Assembly (NCBI RefSeq): GCF_009914755.1
Contig: NC_060926.1
DNA from: the human T2T-CHM13v2.0 reference genome, Homo sapiens
Direction: 5' to 3' (one strand)
Length of the DNA: 64,000 nucleotides
Shown: positions 39,009 to 52,217 of the stretch, piece by piece
Position numbering within the stretch: the first letter of the stretch is position 1
Layout: each line of letters begins with the position of its first letter
Program-made: the position numbers and the translations under genes
The notes under the pieces: generated by a model
What the model was told of the DNA's origin: nothing
Databases searched by the model: none
The model's input: only the letters and a program-made list of their open reading frames with translations

Positions 39009-39179
39009 ACACTTTTTTTTTTTTTAAATTTCCTTGTAGTACTGCTTGGGCTACATGACTTAAGTTTTGTACATAGTTTTCATTGTTTGGTTCTAAATGC
39101 TTTTAGATTTTCATTCTAATTCTTCTTGGACCAGTGCATTATTTTTTTATTTTTTTAGTTTAAAAAATAATTTAATTTA

Positions 39180-39307
39180 GTTTTATAGAGATGGGGGGTT
39201 CTCACTATGTTGCCCAGGCTGGTCTTGAACTCCTGGACTCAAGGGATCCTCCTGCCTTGGCCTCCTGAAGCTCTGGGATTATAGGTGTGAGCCACCGTGC
39301 CTGGCCA
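39180..39307 (-). mobile_element. FLAM/Alu left monomer
   Basis: TAGAGATGGGGGGTTCTCACTATGTTGCCCAGGCTGG...CCTGGCC. Confidence 0.8.
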
Positions 39308-39557
39308 GTAGTGTCTCTTTAAATTTCCAAACATAGGGGAGCCCTTAATTTTAGTTTGGTTGCCAATTTATGCCTTTATTCTGTTGCATCAAGAACATGG
39401 CTGGTGTGATGCAAGTTCTTTTGCTATTTTTTGAGTCTTGTTTTGCAGCCTAGGACATGGTGACTGTTAGTAAATGTCCAAGGTGAACTTGAAAACAATG
39501 TGTGGTCTGTAGTTTTTGGGTGTCCACTAAATCAAGTTTGTTCAACTTTTCCATATT

Positions 39558-39847
39558 CTTTTTTTTTATTTTTATTTTTTGACAGAGTCTCACTCTGTTG
39601 CCCAGGCTGGAGTGCAGGGGCATGATCTCAGCTCACTGAAACCTCAAGTTCAAGTGATTCTCCTGCCTTAGCCACCCAAGTAGCTGGGATTACAGGCATG
39701 AGCCACCACATCTGGCTCATTTTTGTATTTTTTATTTTAGTTTCAGCATGTTGGCCAAGTTGGTCTGAAACTCCCGACCTCAAGTAATCTGCCTGCCTTC
39801 GCCTCCCAAAGTGTTGGGATTACAAGAATGAAACACTATGCCTGGCC
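39558..39847 (-). mobile_element. AluS with deletions
   Basis: Dimer; TTTT(C/T)C(C/T)ATATTCTT-like TSD on both sides. Confidence 0.85.
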
Positions 39848-39987
39848 CAATTTTTCTATATTCTTCCTAATTGAGTCTGCTTAAACCAGCAGTTCCAGTG
39901 AGAAGTGGTATAATTTCCTGCATGGAGAATGTGCTCATTTATTACTTTTTCCTTTTCTTGACACTTTTTTGTTTTGTAGTCATTTGA

Positions 39988-40312
<325 letters not shown>

Positions 40313-41094
40313 GCTAATACTTCTTTTAAAATAATTAAATTATTTATGTATTTATTCTTTTTCCCCCACCCCTCCCCTACCAGTGAACGCTTTGGAATGA
40401 ATACTCATCAGTATGCTGCAACCACTTTTAATCCTAATAATGTTTTTGCCTTGGAGCCTACTTTGTGCACTATGAGCTTCTCTCCAATAGCTTCCTTTTG
40501 GATGGTCTTTGCCAGATGTGTCTCCTTCTATCTGTAGTAATTAGAGCCATTCCAGCTATGTGTCAAAAATAAACAAAAGGGGTTTATGATCAAGCATGGG
40601 CGACTTACACAATCATCAAAAGAAATGGAGGAACAATTCCCAGCCCTCGGAATCGGCCACCTCCTGGGATTAGGAATAAATCCTAATCTCAAAATACAGG
40701 TAAACAGTCTACCTCCTGTCCCCTAAATGAGATGCCAAGCATGCCCCTCCCCTCAGCCAGTATGTCTCCATCCAAACTTCAATGACCACTGGCCTCCCTG
40801 CTGACCCATGTCCCACTGAGGAGCCCCAAGCTCTAAACCAACTGCCTACGCACCATCCCCTCGGGCTGCACCTGCTCCCCAGGCCTTCCCCTCCTTTGGA
40901 GCTGCCTCTGTCCACCAAGGGTGCTGTCGCTCACCTAACCTTCCAACCAGAACTCAGTGGTACCTTGCTGCCCCCTCCACTCCCTGAAGAAGCTGCCCCC
41001 GTGCCTGTCAAGTTCTTCCAACTGCTCGAACCTTCTGGACCTCCAGGCCTCAGCATGTCTTGTCTGGGTGACTGCAATGGCTATGCTTGCTTTT

Positions 41095-41615
41095 CTGTCT
41101 CTCTCCATCATTCAGTCAACCAATCAATCGATCAATCATCTATCAATCAGCTATCCACCTATTAATCTATGATCAATAATCTATTAATCTATATCATTTA
41201 CTTCTATAATCATTGATCTAGCCCATGTATGTTCCTATCTACCCTTTATCATGTCTATCAATCTATCTATCATTTATGCCTCTATCATGTCTATCTTTCA
41301 ATAATTTATCTATCACCAGGCACAGTAGCATGTGCCTGTAGTCCTAGTAATTCAGGAGGCTGAGGCAGGAGGACTGCTTGATGCTAGCAGATCAAGTCCA
41401 GACTGGGCAAGATAGTGAGATCTCATCTCTAAAACAAATTTTTAAATCATCTATCATCTCTCTCTATTCATCTATGTATCCATGTATCTATCATGTATTT
41501 TATCTATCACTTAGCACCTCTGAATCATCCATCATCTATCGATCAATTATCTATATCATGTCTATATATCTATATATCTATGTATCAATTTATCCATCAA
41601 TCATCTATCTGTCTG
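41095..41615. repeat. Degenerate (TCTA)n/(TCAA)n simple-repeat field split by a FLAM-like monomer (about 41317-41440)
   Basis: ATCT/TCAA tetramer-rich sequence on both sides of an Alu monomer. Confidence 0.8.
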
Positions 41616-41730
41616 TTTTTGAGGCGATATTCACAAAATATACAATCAATCGCTTTAAAGTGCACAATTCAGTGGCATTTAGTATGCGCTATAGTTCCAG
41701 AATATTTTCTTCAAAATAAAAAGAAACCCG

Positions 41731-42040
41731 AGACTGGGTGTGGTGGCTCATGCCTGTAATCCAGCACTGTGGGAGGCTGAGGCAGGACGATCTCTTGAGC
41801 TCAGCAGTTTGAGACCAACCTGGGCAACATAGTGAGATCTTGTCTACAAAAAAAAAAAATCACAAAATTAGCAGGGTATGGTGGCACACGCCTGTGGTTC
41901 CAGCTACTCAGGAGGCTGGGGCAGGATTGCTTGAGCCCAGGAGATCAAGGCTGCTGTGAGTTATGACTGCACCACTGCACTCCAGCCTGTGTGACAGGGT
42001 GAGACCCTGTCTGTCTCATTAAAAAATAAAAAATAAATAC
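41731..42040 (+). mobile_element. AluJ-like
   Basis: GGATTGCTTGAGCCCAGGAGATCAAGGCTGC; A tail. Confidence 0.88.
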
Positions 42041-43959
42041 AAAATTTTTTAAAAAGGACTGCCCCTGCCCCATTTTCCTTCCCCTGCCCCAGCCCCTGAC
42101 ACCCACTCATCTGCTTTCTGTCCCAATGAGCCTATTCTGGACATTTGTGTCTGGCTTGTTTCACCCAGCACAAACTCTTTGAGGTCTAGCCGTCGTGTTA
42201 CGGTGGAATGGCACCGTGCTTTATGGCCAGGCTGTTTGTCCATGTGTCTGTTGATGAACACTCAGGCTGTCCCACATTTTGGAGGCTATGTCCATCCATG
42301 CATAAAGGTATGGCCGCACAGCTGTTCTCAGTTCTCATGCCTCTGAGGCCAGATGGGCTGCTGCACCCTATTCCCAACAGCCACTCTCACATGCAGCCAC
42401 GTGGCCTGCAGTACTCGACACTACTTTCCTGTTGATGAAAGCTCCTCGGTGGCCTCTGGGCTAAGTCCTGTCTCTGTAGTGTGGCCTCCAAGGCCCGCGG
42501 GCCGCAGCCCTCCTTTCCCCTGCCCTCCCTTCCCCTGTATGCAGCACGAACACCCTGCACTGTGCTCCCAGTTGCCCCCAGGCCCCTGCACAAGTGGCCT
42601 CCTCTCCCTAGAAGGGCCAGCAGCACCCTGTGTGGCAGCTTAGACATCCCTTCTCTTGCTTTCATGCTCCTCCCACAGGGACCAGCATGATCCCCTCCCC
42701 TAGTCCTATTTGGGCTCAGCCAGTATTTCTGTGCAATGTTGTTGCAGGTTCTGCCCCGCCACCATCACAGGAATCCTAAGAGTGTTGGCGTGAAGTTCTG
42801 TGGAGGGCGTATTGGACCATGTCTTCTGGTGACTCTCCCCCACGGAGGGGCTTGGGGGTTCAGGCTCACTCCTTTCCCAAACTCACTCTTTCCCCCACAG
42901 GCAACCCACTCCCTCTCCTCCATCTCTCCCCAAGACCTGCAGCAGACACCACCAGACTCTGGGGCAGGGAGGAAGGACTGCATTTGCCAATGGAGGCTTT
43001 TACTGGGGGGGCTCAGGATGGCGCCTGGCCTGAGGGCTGAGGACCCGGGAAAGGCACACGGTGGCGGTGGGGTCTCTCTCGGGCAGGTGTTGGCTCCGCA
43101 GACAGCTCCCCCTGGTGACCACTCTTTGGCACTGAGCTGGGAACATGGTGTCCGCACTCACGGCTAGCAAGCAGAGGCCCGCCCGTGTGGCCAGGTGGCG
43201 GCTGGCAGTGTAGGCTGGCTGGGTGACGGCCACAAGGGCTGGGTTTGGCACCGGTGGGAGCCGGGGCCCAAGGGGACTCAGAGGCTGGGCCGCCCCCGCT
43301 GCTGGCAGGGTAGTCACATTGGCCACGGAGATGGCTACGAATAGGTAATCCAATAAATTAGGCTGCAGAAAGACGAGGTGAGGGGCCGAGGGGGCGGGGC
43401 CTACATTCTTGCTCCGCAGGCAGTGCTGTGCGTCCCTCTCCCGTGGGATCTTTGGGGTTCTTGTGGGGGAGAGGATGCAGGTGAGGCGCTCTGTGTGACT
43501 GTGGGTACCACCGGGCGGCTTTTATGGCATCGCATGGGATGGGAGCCTTGGCTGGCCACCCTCAGGGGATGGACCGTGGGGTCTTTGAGAGACTGACAAG
43601 GAGGGAGGCCACCTGCAGCGCCAGGGGCTGTGGCCTGAGGGGCTCCTGGGGCTCGGCTGCACTGCTGTGTGGCCAGCACTGGGCCCCTTGTACCCCAGCT
43701 CCCTCCACGGAGCAAAGTAGAGGACTCACTGCCCTGGACAGGGCCCAGTCACTGTGGAACAGACCCCCCAGGGAGTGGGAGGGATAGGGCGAGGGTCATG
43801 CAGGGCACCACCCTCCACATCTACTTTCCCGAGGTCGGGAAGGGCCTTCTAGGAGGAGGTGCCAGGCATGCAGGGGTGGGGTGGGTGCGCGGGTGGGTGC
43901 TGCTGTCTCCTTCATGTGATTCAAGCTTGGGGGCGGGGCAGGAGCTGGAGAGGGTGGCG

Positions 43960-44206
43960 TCAGGTGGAGGTACCCTGGAGGCCACCAGGGCCTTGCAGGC
44001 TAGGTGCCAGCACATGCGCTGGGGCCACGGCACCACCCAGGATTTGGCAGAGCTCCTGGAGGTGCCGCTGTATTTTGGGTATGCCCACCAGCTGCTGCTC
44101 CAGCTGCTGCTTCTCCTCTGTTAGGCTCAGGTGGGCAGCTGAGTCCAGCTTCTCGAACTTCCAGTCGCCCTCCCCATCGAACTGTAGCAAGTGTGTGTGG
44201 TACTCC
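43960..44206 (-). pseudogene. ABCD1: ABCD1 pseudogene exon 10 coding part
   Basis: ggccag|GGAGTAC; [39 protein letters not shown]...[10 protein letters not shown]; candidate AGTAAA signal at 42999-43004. Confidence 0.96.
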
Positions 44207-44350
44207 CTGGCCAGGAGAGGGACAGGATCAGGGGCTCGGCACAAGGGCTGCTGATGACAGCCGCCTGCTGCTGCCGCCTGGCCCAACAGGCCACCTCCTC
44301 CCCTCAGGCAGCCACTCCCACTGACCCCAGGCAGGGAGACAGGGCACCTA

Positions 44351-44802
<452 letters not shown>

Positions 44803-44869
44803 CTATGATGACAGGGCCCCTGTGCCTCTGCGTACTTGTCTGTCTGACAGCCGTTAATCACGGAGGAGT

Positions 44870-45250
44870 GGGGACTGGAATCGTGCCTTCCCCCAGAAGA
44901 GATATGGTGGAGTCCAAGCCCCAACACTTCAGTGTGACCTTATTTGGAGACAGGGCCTTAGCAGAGGTGATCACACTAAGATGAGGTCATCAGAGCGGAC
45001 CCTAATTCAATATGACTGTGTCCTCATTAAAAGGGGGTGTGCGGGCAGAGGACATGCACAGAGGAACACGAGGTGAATATATACAGGGAGAAGTGGACGA
45101 TCTGTGTGCTGAGGACAAAGGCCTGGAACACATCCTTCTGTCATGGCACCTGGAAGGAACCCACCCTGCTGGTACCAGGATCTCGGACTGCTGGATCCAG
45201 GAGATGATCCACCCCTGCAGTTTATGGCAGCCCTAGGACACCCATAGAGT
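44870..45250 (+). mobile_element. MLT1A/B/C-like MaLR LTR in ABCD1 intron 7
   Basis: TGTGACCTTATTTGGAGACAGGGCCTT...AAGATGAGGTCATC...TATGGCAGCCCTAG. Confidence 0.75.
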
Positions 45251-45504
45251 TCCTTGGCACAGAGCTCCAGAGTGGCCTGAGTTCTCTCCCCAGACCAGGG
45301 GCTTGTCACCCACAGGGGTTGGGCCTCCTGTTACTGCCCCATGCCAGCACTTTGGCAAGGCTAGAGTGGGCTGCTTGAAGGAGCAGGTGAGCCCGCTTCT
45401 CCATTAGGCCGGGGCCCTGTGGCAGAAGTGGCCCCTCCTGTCTTCTCGCCCATGCTGCCTTCCCCAGCGGCCCAGGGCTAGAAGTGGCCACAGGATATAT
45501 GGCC

Positions 45505-45795
45505 ACCCAGAGTAGAGATTACACTTCCCATGTGGCCTTGTGGTGAGGTGTGAGCATGAGACTAAGTTGTGGCCAATGAGATATAACTAAGTATTCAATA
45601 TGGCGGCTTCTGGGAACTTCCTTAAAAGATAGAAGGCACAAACCTTTTGCCCCTTCCCTTCTACTTCCTCCATCCTACAGCCTGAGACATGATGTGAGGG
45701 TGGCAGCAGCCCTCCTGGATCATGAGGTGACTTTGGGAATGGAGGCCACACACAGCAGAGTGACATGGTAGAAAATCCTAGAGCCTTGGGGCCTT
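45505..45795. mobile_element. ERVL LTR remnant (LTR33-like)
   Basis: TACACTTCCC...GACTAAGTTGTGGCCAATGAGAT...CATGAGGTGAC pattern. Confidence 0.5.
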
Positions 45796-46871
45796 CACAG
45801 AGCAGGGCCAGCCCTGGCAACTGTGGCCTGGCTCTCTTGGGACCTAACAGCTCAGTAGGATAAACTCACAGATGATCTTAGCCACTACTGCGGGGAGGCC
45901 GGTTCTGTTCCTTGCAGCTCAACTCCATCCTAACGGCTCATGCTGGCCGGCCACAGACCCTGGGCATTCAGGCTGCCACAGAGGCGGGAGGGGCCATGTG
46001 CTCCCAGGCCGAGGGCAGCCGGAGCAAGAGGCAGGGCCGGGCCAGGGGCTGCTCCACCACCATTGCCACCTGTGTTCCCGCTTCCTCCACAGGCAGGTGA
46101 CAACACCCTGGTCATTTCCTGCAGGAGCCACTTCTTCTCATGTTGCCACCGAGGGAGGGCTTGGTGCCAGTGCCCTTGAACCATGAAGGGGAGTCCCAGC
46201 AAGGCGAGGTCCTTGCCCAGGGCCAACTCGCACCCAGCAGTGGGGGCTGGAAGCAGAACACAGAGTCTCAGAATTCAAAGACATAACTGAATGCTCCCTC
46301 TACTGTTTCCCTGTAGCTGCACCCCGCTCTCCTCCTCCGCTCTCCCGGCCCGACAGACACTGTGGACAAGCAGTATTCCTTGATAAGCCCAGGACAAGAA
46401 AACAGCTCAGTCTGGCCTCTTTTTCAGTGAATTCATCTCTGAATCCACCAGACTCTGCTGGCCCCAGCCCCCTCCAAGCATCTGCACAGACCTCCTGACA
46501 GTAGCCATCACTGAACACATGTGCCTGCCCCTCCCAGGCTGCCCCTGCCCACCACCCCATGGTCCGTCCAAGAGCGTCTGATCCCACTCAGGGAAAGCCT
46601 AAGCTCCCGCTTGGTCCGGAGGGCCCTCTGTGAGCCAGGTTCTCACACCACCAAGCCTGCGGGCCGCACTCTGCCCTGCTGCCCCTGGCTCCTGGATGGG
46701 GTAACAACTCAGCATTCTGCAGGGCTCAGCTCAGACCCCTTTTCTCTGGGAGAGGGTATCCTGGGTCCCCCAATGAGGTGCGCATCCCTGCTAGGTGCCC
46801 CCTTCCCTAGAGCACCCATGCCACCTGGGGCCATCTGTGTGGTGTTGGTCCTCCCTGGTAGGCGGGCCTCA

Positions 46872-47154
<283 letters not shown>

Positions 47155-47252
47155 CTGTGGGAAAGCTGGGTGTCCACAGAGGGAAGGGCTGGCCCTGCCT
47201 CCCCCAAGATAATCTGCACCTCCCAAGCAGTGTAGATTGTGTAGATTCTGTC

Positions 47253-47372
47253 TGCTGTAGACAAAATAATGGCACCCCAAAAATGTTCGTGTCCTAATTC
47301 CCAGAGTCTAACATACAAATAGGTTAGGTGGCATGGCAGTAGGAAATTAGATTTTGAGTGAAATTAAGGTTG
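47253..47372 (+). mobile_element. MLT1D/E-like LTR 5' fragment
   Basis: GTAGACAAAATAATGGCACCCCAAAAATGTTCGTGTCCTAATTCCC...CATGGCA...GAAATTAAGGTTGC. Confidence 0.7.
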
Positions 47373-47883
47373 CAAAGGCGGCGGGGGACAAAAAGCCGCA
47401 GCAGCAAAAATCCGCGGCGGCGGGGGCAAAAAGCAGCGGCGGACAAAAAGCCGTGGCAGCGGGTGGGGGGGGGCAAAAAGCTGTGGCGGGTAAAAAGTCG
47501 CGGTGGCAGGGGGCAAAAAGCCGCAGCGGCAGGGCGCAAAAAGCCGTGGCGGCGGGGGGACAAAAACCCAGGGTGGGCAAAAAGCCGTGGCAGCAAAATT
47601 CGCAGCGGCGGGGGGTCAAAAAGCCGCGGCGGACAAAAACCCGCTGCGCCGGGGGTGCACAAAGCCGCGGCGGGCAAAAAGCCTAGGCTGGGTGGAGGGA
47701 AAAAGCCTCGGCGGCGGGGGGTGCAAAAAGCCGCGGCGGCGGAGGCAAAATGCCGCGGCGGCGGGGGGCGAAAAGCCGCAGTGGGTAAAAAGCCGCGGCG
47801 GCGGGGGAGGGGAACAAAAAGCCACGGAGGCCGGGGGGCAAAAAGCCAGGGCGGGCAAAAAGCCAGGGCGGCGGAGGGCAAAA
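47373..47883 (+). repeat. GC-rich pericentromeric minisatellite (CAAAAAGCCGCGGCGG(CGG)GGG; GCTTTTTGC repeat)
   Basis: About 24 units of roughly 15-30 bp, each anchored by an A4-5 tract; CpG dense; G-skewed + strand. Confidence 0.95.
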
Positions 47884-50239
47884 TAGTGGAGATGGGGTAG
47901 AATGCCAGCATAGCCTGGCATTGCTGGAGTGTGATGTGATAGGAAATGTGCAGCCAAAGACAAAAAAAGATGTAAGTAGGCTTGACTCATTGCAGCTAAG
48001 AACCCAGATGTTATCTTGAGGGATTAACTAATAAGCAGTTCAAATCAGAATGGCACATTCTGATTTGTTTTTTGTATGTTCACATTTGGCAGGCATAGAT
48101 ACTGTTTGAAAAGAGAAAAGTCAGTAGATACAGGTAACAAACTTAAATATGTGCCAAGTCTAGAAACAAGAGACGAGGGGGATAAGGACCTTTCGAAATA
48201 AAATGCAAGATTTGAAAACTGATTGGCTGGGGGATGAGGAAAAGGCAGGTCTTTAAGGTCAATCCCTGTTTTGCTTTAAGTTCTTAGGGGGTGGTTTTAT
48301 CACATATTGTAGAATACGTCATTTCAGTTTTGAACATCTTGAGTTAAATTGTCCTAACATATCTTATGAATTTGATTTTCTTCCCTGGGAAGCTAATATT
48401 TCAAAAACTTAAAGAGTATAGATTTCCAACTGGTATCGAATTTATAAAACTACCTCTAGGCTGCTGATTTCAGGAGGAGGCTCATGAATATTCTCTTTGC
48501 AGAGAATATATCAGGAGTTAACAACAGCTTCAATATTTGTGGATGACCAGTTAACTAAGCCACCTCTTAGTGTATTTAGATGGGAAATCTTAGCTGAGAT
48601 ATTCAATAATGAACCAACAGTGACTAAAAAATTCAATATTTAAGTATATTTCATTGTAATTAATTTGAATTGAAGTAGCCATATATAGCTAGTATTTACT
48701 ACATTGAACAATGCAAATAAGAGGAAAAAATAACCATCTCTAATACCACATGCCAAAATCCTCATCAATTTATCCTAGCTAAAGGAGTTGATCAGAAGCA
48801 GCAGTTGAAAGCACCAACTAAAACAGCTGGGGTTAGTTCACTGTCATTCTCTCAGAACCATCTCTTCTCTGAACAAAACAAGTACAAGAGTTCATTGTGA
48901 ATCTGCATTCTCCTTGCCTATTTTAAGGTTTTGATGTTGACACTAATTTGTGAAATACCTCCTGTGGTGTGATATTTCGTTTTCCTTGCTTTCTGTTAGG
49001 ACAAGAATGCTTCAGCTCTTAATTTAAAATTATGTTTCTCCCTCCTAGGTTGAGTGAACTTAGAATGCATTCTCCGACATATCCAAGTTTTTGTTCATAT
49101 GAATTTCAGGAAAAAAGCATACTTAATTAGCTAAGACTTCTTATTCTAGGCTTGACCCTGTGTTCAACATCTTTTGAACTTCTAGCTGCATGGGCTGCTC
49201 TCTGACACTGGTTAGTGACCTGGAAGCTGTATTAACATTAGGGGAGGTGGTGTATGATCATTAGAGGTATCCTTGCAAGGAAAGACTTGTCTTATCTCAA
49301 TACGTCTTTTTTTTGCACACAAGAAAGTCAGTGTTTGAGTCTTCTAAAATCTTCCTATTTCCAAGTTGCAGAGTACCATTGATTCCTAAACAAAGACCTA
49401 ATTTTTGACTCAGAGACGTGGCAAGGTAGTGAATCACCATTATAATTTAACAATCTTCAAGATAAAATTATCTCTGATATTTAGATTTTGCCCAATTATT
49501 AAGATATTTGGGTGTTTCGTTAAGAATGGAAGACTCTAGTCTCTTGAGCAGAGACTATAAAGGCCTCAGATGATCATTTTTAATTTTATGCTCTTTTCTT
49601 TAACACCTTCAACACAATTGGAAGCAGCCGATATTCCCCAGAGTTGTTGTGTTTTTTAAACCAAATGCATGGTTCAGTGGTAGAAAACTGGGCTGACCAA
49701 AGCTGTTTTCAGTAAACATTTCAGGTGATCTATTTCATATTAAATAATCTCTAGATCCTGTCTTCGAAACTAACTAGATCAGATAACCTACCCTGGATTT
49801 TCTCCTTTCAGGGTCTGTGAGCTGCAGTCACTTTTGTGACTAATTTAAGCATAGTGGTATTTCATATGAGAATTTAAGTTACACACATTTGAAAATTATA
49901 ATGGAGTCTCTTGGCTGAGCTTTAAAAAAATAGCATTTAGGCTAAAAAGGGAACTGCTACCTCTCCTAAAATCAAAAAGATGTTACAGTAATTATCCATT
50001 CTCTAGAATTATCAGGAAGCACCTTTGTGATGATTTACTTTTGCTCTTGGGAGTGTGAGCCCGTGTAGTCATGGAACCATCAATTAGAATGGTGGCTTTC
50101 TGATCCCAAAGTCATTTGTTCTGAAAACAATATTTTTCATAAATTTCAAAGTGAGAAGTTTTGATCTTGCCATTCCCAAGTAACTCTCTTAATAAGAGGC
50201 ATCATCATGCTTCAGTGACAGTTGTCACCTTCCAGTGCT

Positions 50240-51010
50240 GAGAGTCGTCTTTGAGTTCTCCATTTCACTCCCTACACTCCAATTTAGCTGCAGTTCTCTT
50301 GGCCAGTCCTATGAAATACTCCATGGCCTAACGACTTCTCACCACTACTACCACTCATCCTGACAGCATTCTCACCTAAGTCACTACCTTTTTTCTCTGG
50401 ATTAGAGTAGCCTCCCAATTTATTTGCTCACATAACCTATTGATTCTACACGGTGCACCAGATACACCCCTTTGAAATGCAAACCCAATCATGTTATTGT
50501 TTGGTGAAATTATCTCATATATTCCTATCGCATTTAAAATTACTTCAGAATAATCCCATGATTATCAAAACCCTACATGCTCTTCCACAACATGATTTAC
50601 TTCCAAGATATCTCTTCAACTTTTTTTTCACTGTACTGAATTGGTGACTAATAGTCATATTTTTGTTTTTGCTCAAAAAGTCTTGACTTGTAAATTTTTC
50701 AGTTTCTCCTTTATCCACAGGTAACTCTTTCCTCATAAGGTGAATTGCTTGCTTCCTTGAGTTCTGCTCTCAAAGATACCCTTCATTTTCTACCTAATAT
50801 TAATAACTTTAATCATTCATTATTTCATTACTATGCTCTATAGTGTATACAATTTCTGTTCTTTGTCATGTTATTAACTAAATTATTTATTTGTTCCAGT
50901 AACGTATTCCATAAATATTGTACACATAAAAATTATGTTATTTTTATTGCTGTATGCTCAGCTGCCCAATAACAGTCTGAGGATTAACATATTTGTTAAA
51001 TGCACAAATA
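50240..51010 (+). mobile_element. L2 3' fragments
   Basis: L2-like GACTTCTCACCACT...AGTAGCCTCC...TTGCTTCCTTGAGTTCTGCTC...ATATTTGTTAAATG; very diverged. Confidence 0.5.
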
Positions 51011-51340
51011 CATTCTGTCACAAATATCAGTTTAATAATTTTATATTAAACTCCCTATATACTTACTATATGAATTAGATAATTCAGAATAAACATTCCA
51101 TTGGAAAAAACTAAAAAATTTGTTATAAAACATCCTTAAAAGCATCAGAAAGTTAATACAGCAATGAAGAATTAAAGGACCAAATTAAGAATGGTATGGA
51201 AGCCTGTTTGTGAGGCTTATGTTTGGGTTATCTCTTTACTTAGAGTGACTATAAATCTCAAGAGAGAACTAAAGGGAGAAATAAGCATATCAACTCACAT
51301 GGTAAGGGTATTTAAACATCTCTTAGTAATTGAGATAATT

Positions 51341-51487
51341 GAAAGAAAAGAAAAAAGAGAAAGGGAGAAAGAGAAACAGAGTGAAAGGGATAATGAAGGA
51401 GAGACAGAAGAAGAGAAAGGAAGAAGAAGAAAAGTAAAAAGGAGGAGGAGGGAGAGGGAGGAAGGAAGAAAGGTGAAAAGAAAGAAT
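51341..51487 (+). repeat. GA-rich polypurine low-complexity tract
   Basis: About 145 bp almost all A/G. Confidence 0.9.
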
Positions 51488-51519
51488 GCTAAAATTTTCA
51501 ACAACATAATTTATCCTTC

Positions 51520-52210
51520 TAGAATGCGAATGTTGGCCTATTTAATGATGTCCCACAGGTTCCTTAGTCTCTGCTCATTTTTTATCTGTTTCTCAGAATC
51601 AATATTTTCCATTTTCTTATCTTCAAGCCCATGACTTCTTCTGTGTGTGCAAATATACTCTTAAATCCCTCTGGTGATTTTTAAATTTTTATCATTGTAG
51701 TTTTCCACTCCAGAATTTCTGCTATCTCTGTTGATATTCCTACTTTTTAATATTTTTTCTGATTCCTTGATTTCTTTGTTTATGTTTTCCTTTTGACATT
51801 TGAGTATAATTAAGAGAGTTGTTTTAAAGTCTTTGTCTAGTAAGTTTGATGTCTGGGTTCCCTTAGAGATATTCTCTGTCCGTTTATTTTGTTCCTTTGA
51901 ATGAGCCATACTTTCCCGTTCTTTGTAAGCCTTGTAACTTGTAACTTTTTTTGAAAGCTGGACATTCTAATAATTATAATTACTATGTGGTTACTCTGTA
52001 AATCAGACCCCCCCTACAAACACAGTAATGTTTTGTGGTTTAAAATTTTCTTTACTTATTATATTGTTAAGGATTTTTTTTTTTAGTGAAATTTTCCAAA
52101 GTGATTTACAAAACTGTTTGCTTTATAAGGTGTGGTCACCAAAGTCTTTTTGTTTCCTTAACAAATGTTAAGCTAATGTTTTGACAGTGATTTTCTTGTA
52201 TGTCAGGAAC
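51520..52210 (-). mobile_element. Ancient L1M 5'/ORF1 fragment cut by the satellite
   Basis: MAHSKEQNKRTENISKGTQTSNLLDKDFKTTLLIILK resembles the L1M ORF1 N-terminus. Confidence 0.65.
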
Positions 52211-52217
52211 TAATTTT

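Noticed and set aside
47373-47883. CRISPR-like repeat/spacer appearance
   Set aside because: Intervening sequences are variants of the same unit, there are no cas genes, and the DNA is primate.
47324-47990. Overlapping 90-195 aa ORFs in six frames (histone-tail-like K/A/G/R-rich)
   Set aside because: The minisatellite unit lacks stop codons; the peptides are repeat artefacts.
51191-51634. 147-aa E/K/R-rich ORF
   Set aside because: Translation of a GA-rich low-complexity tract plus antisense L1.
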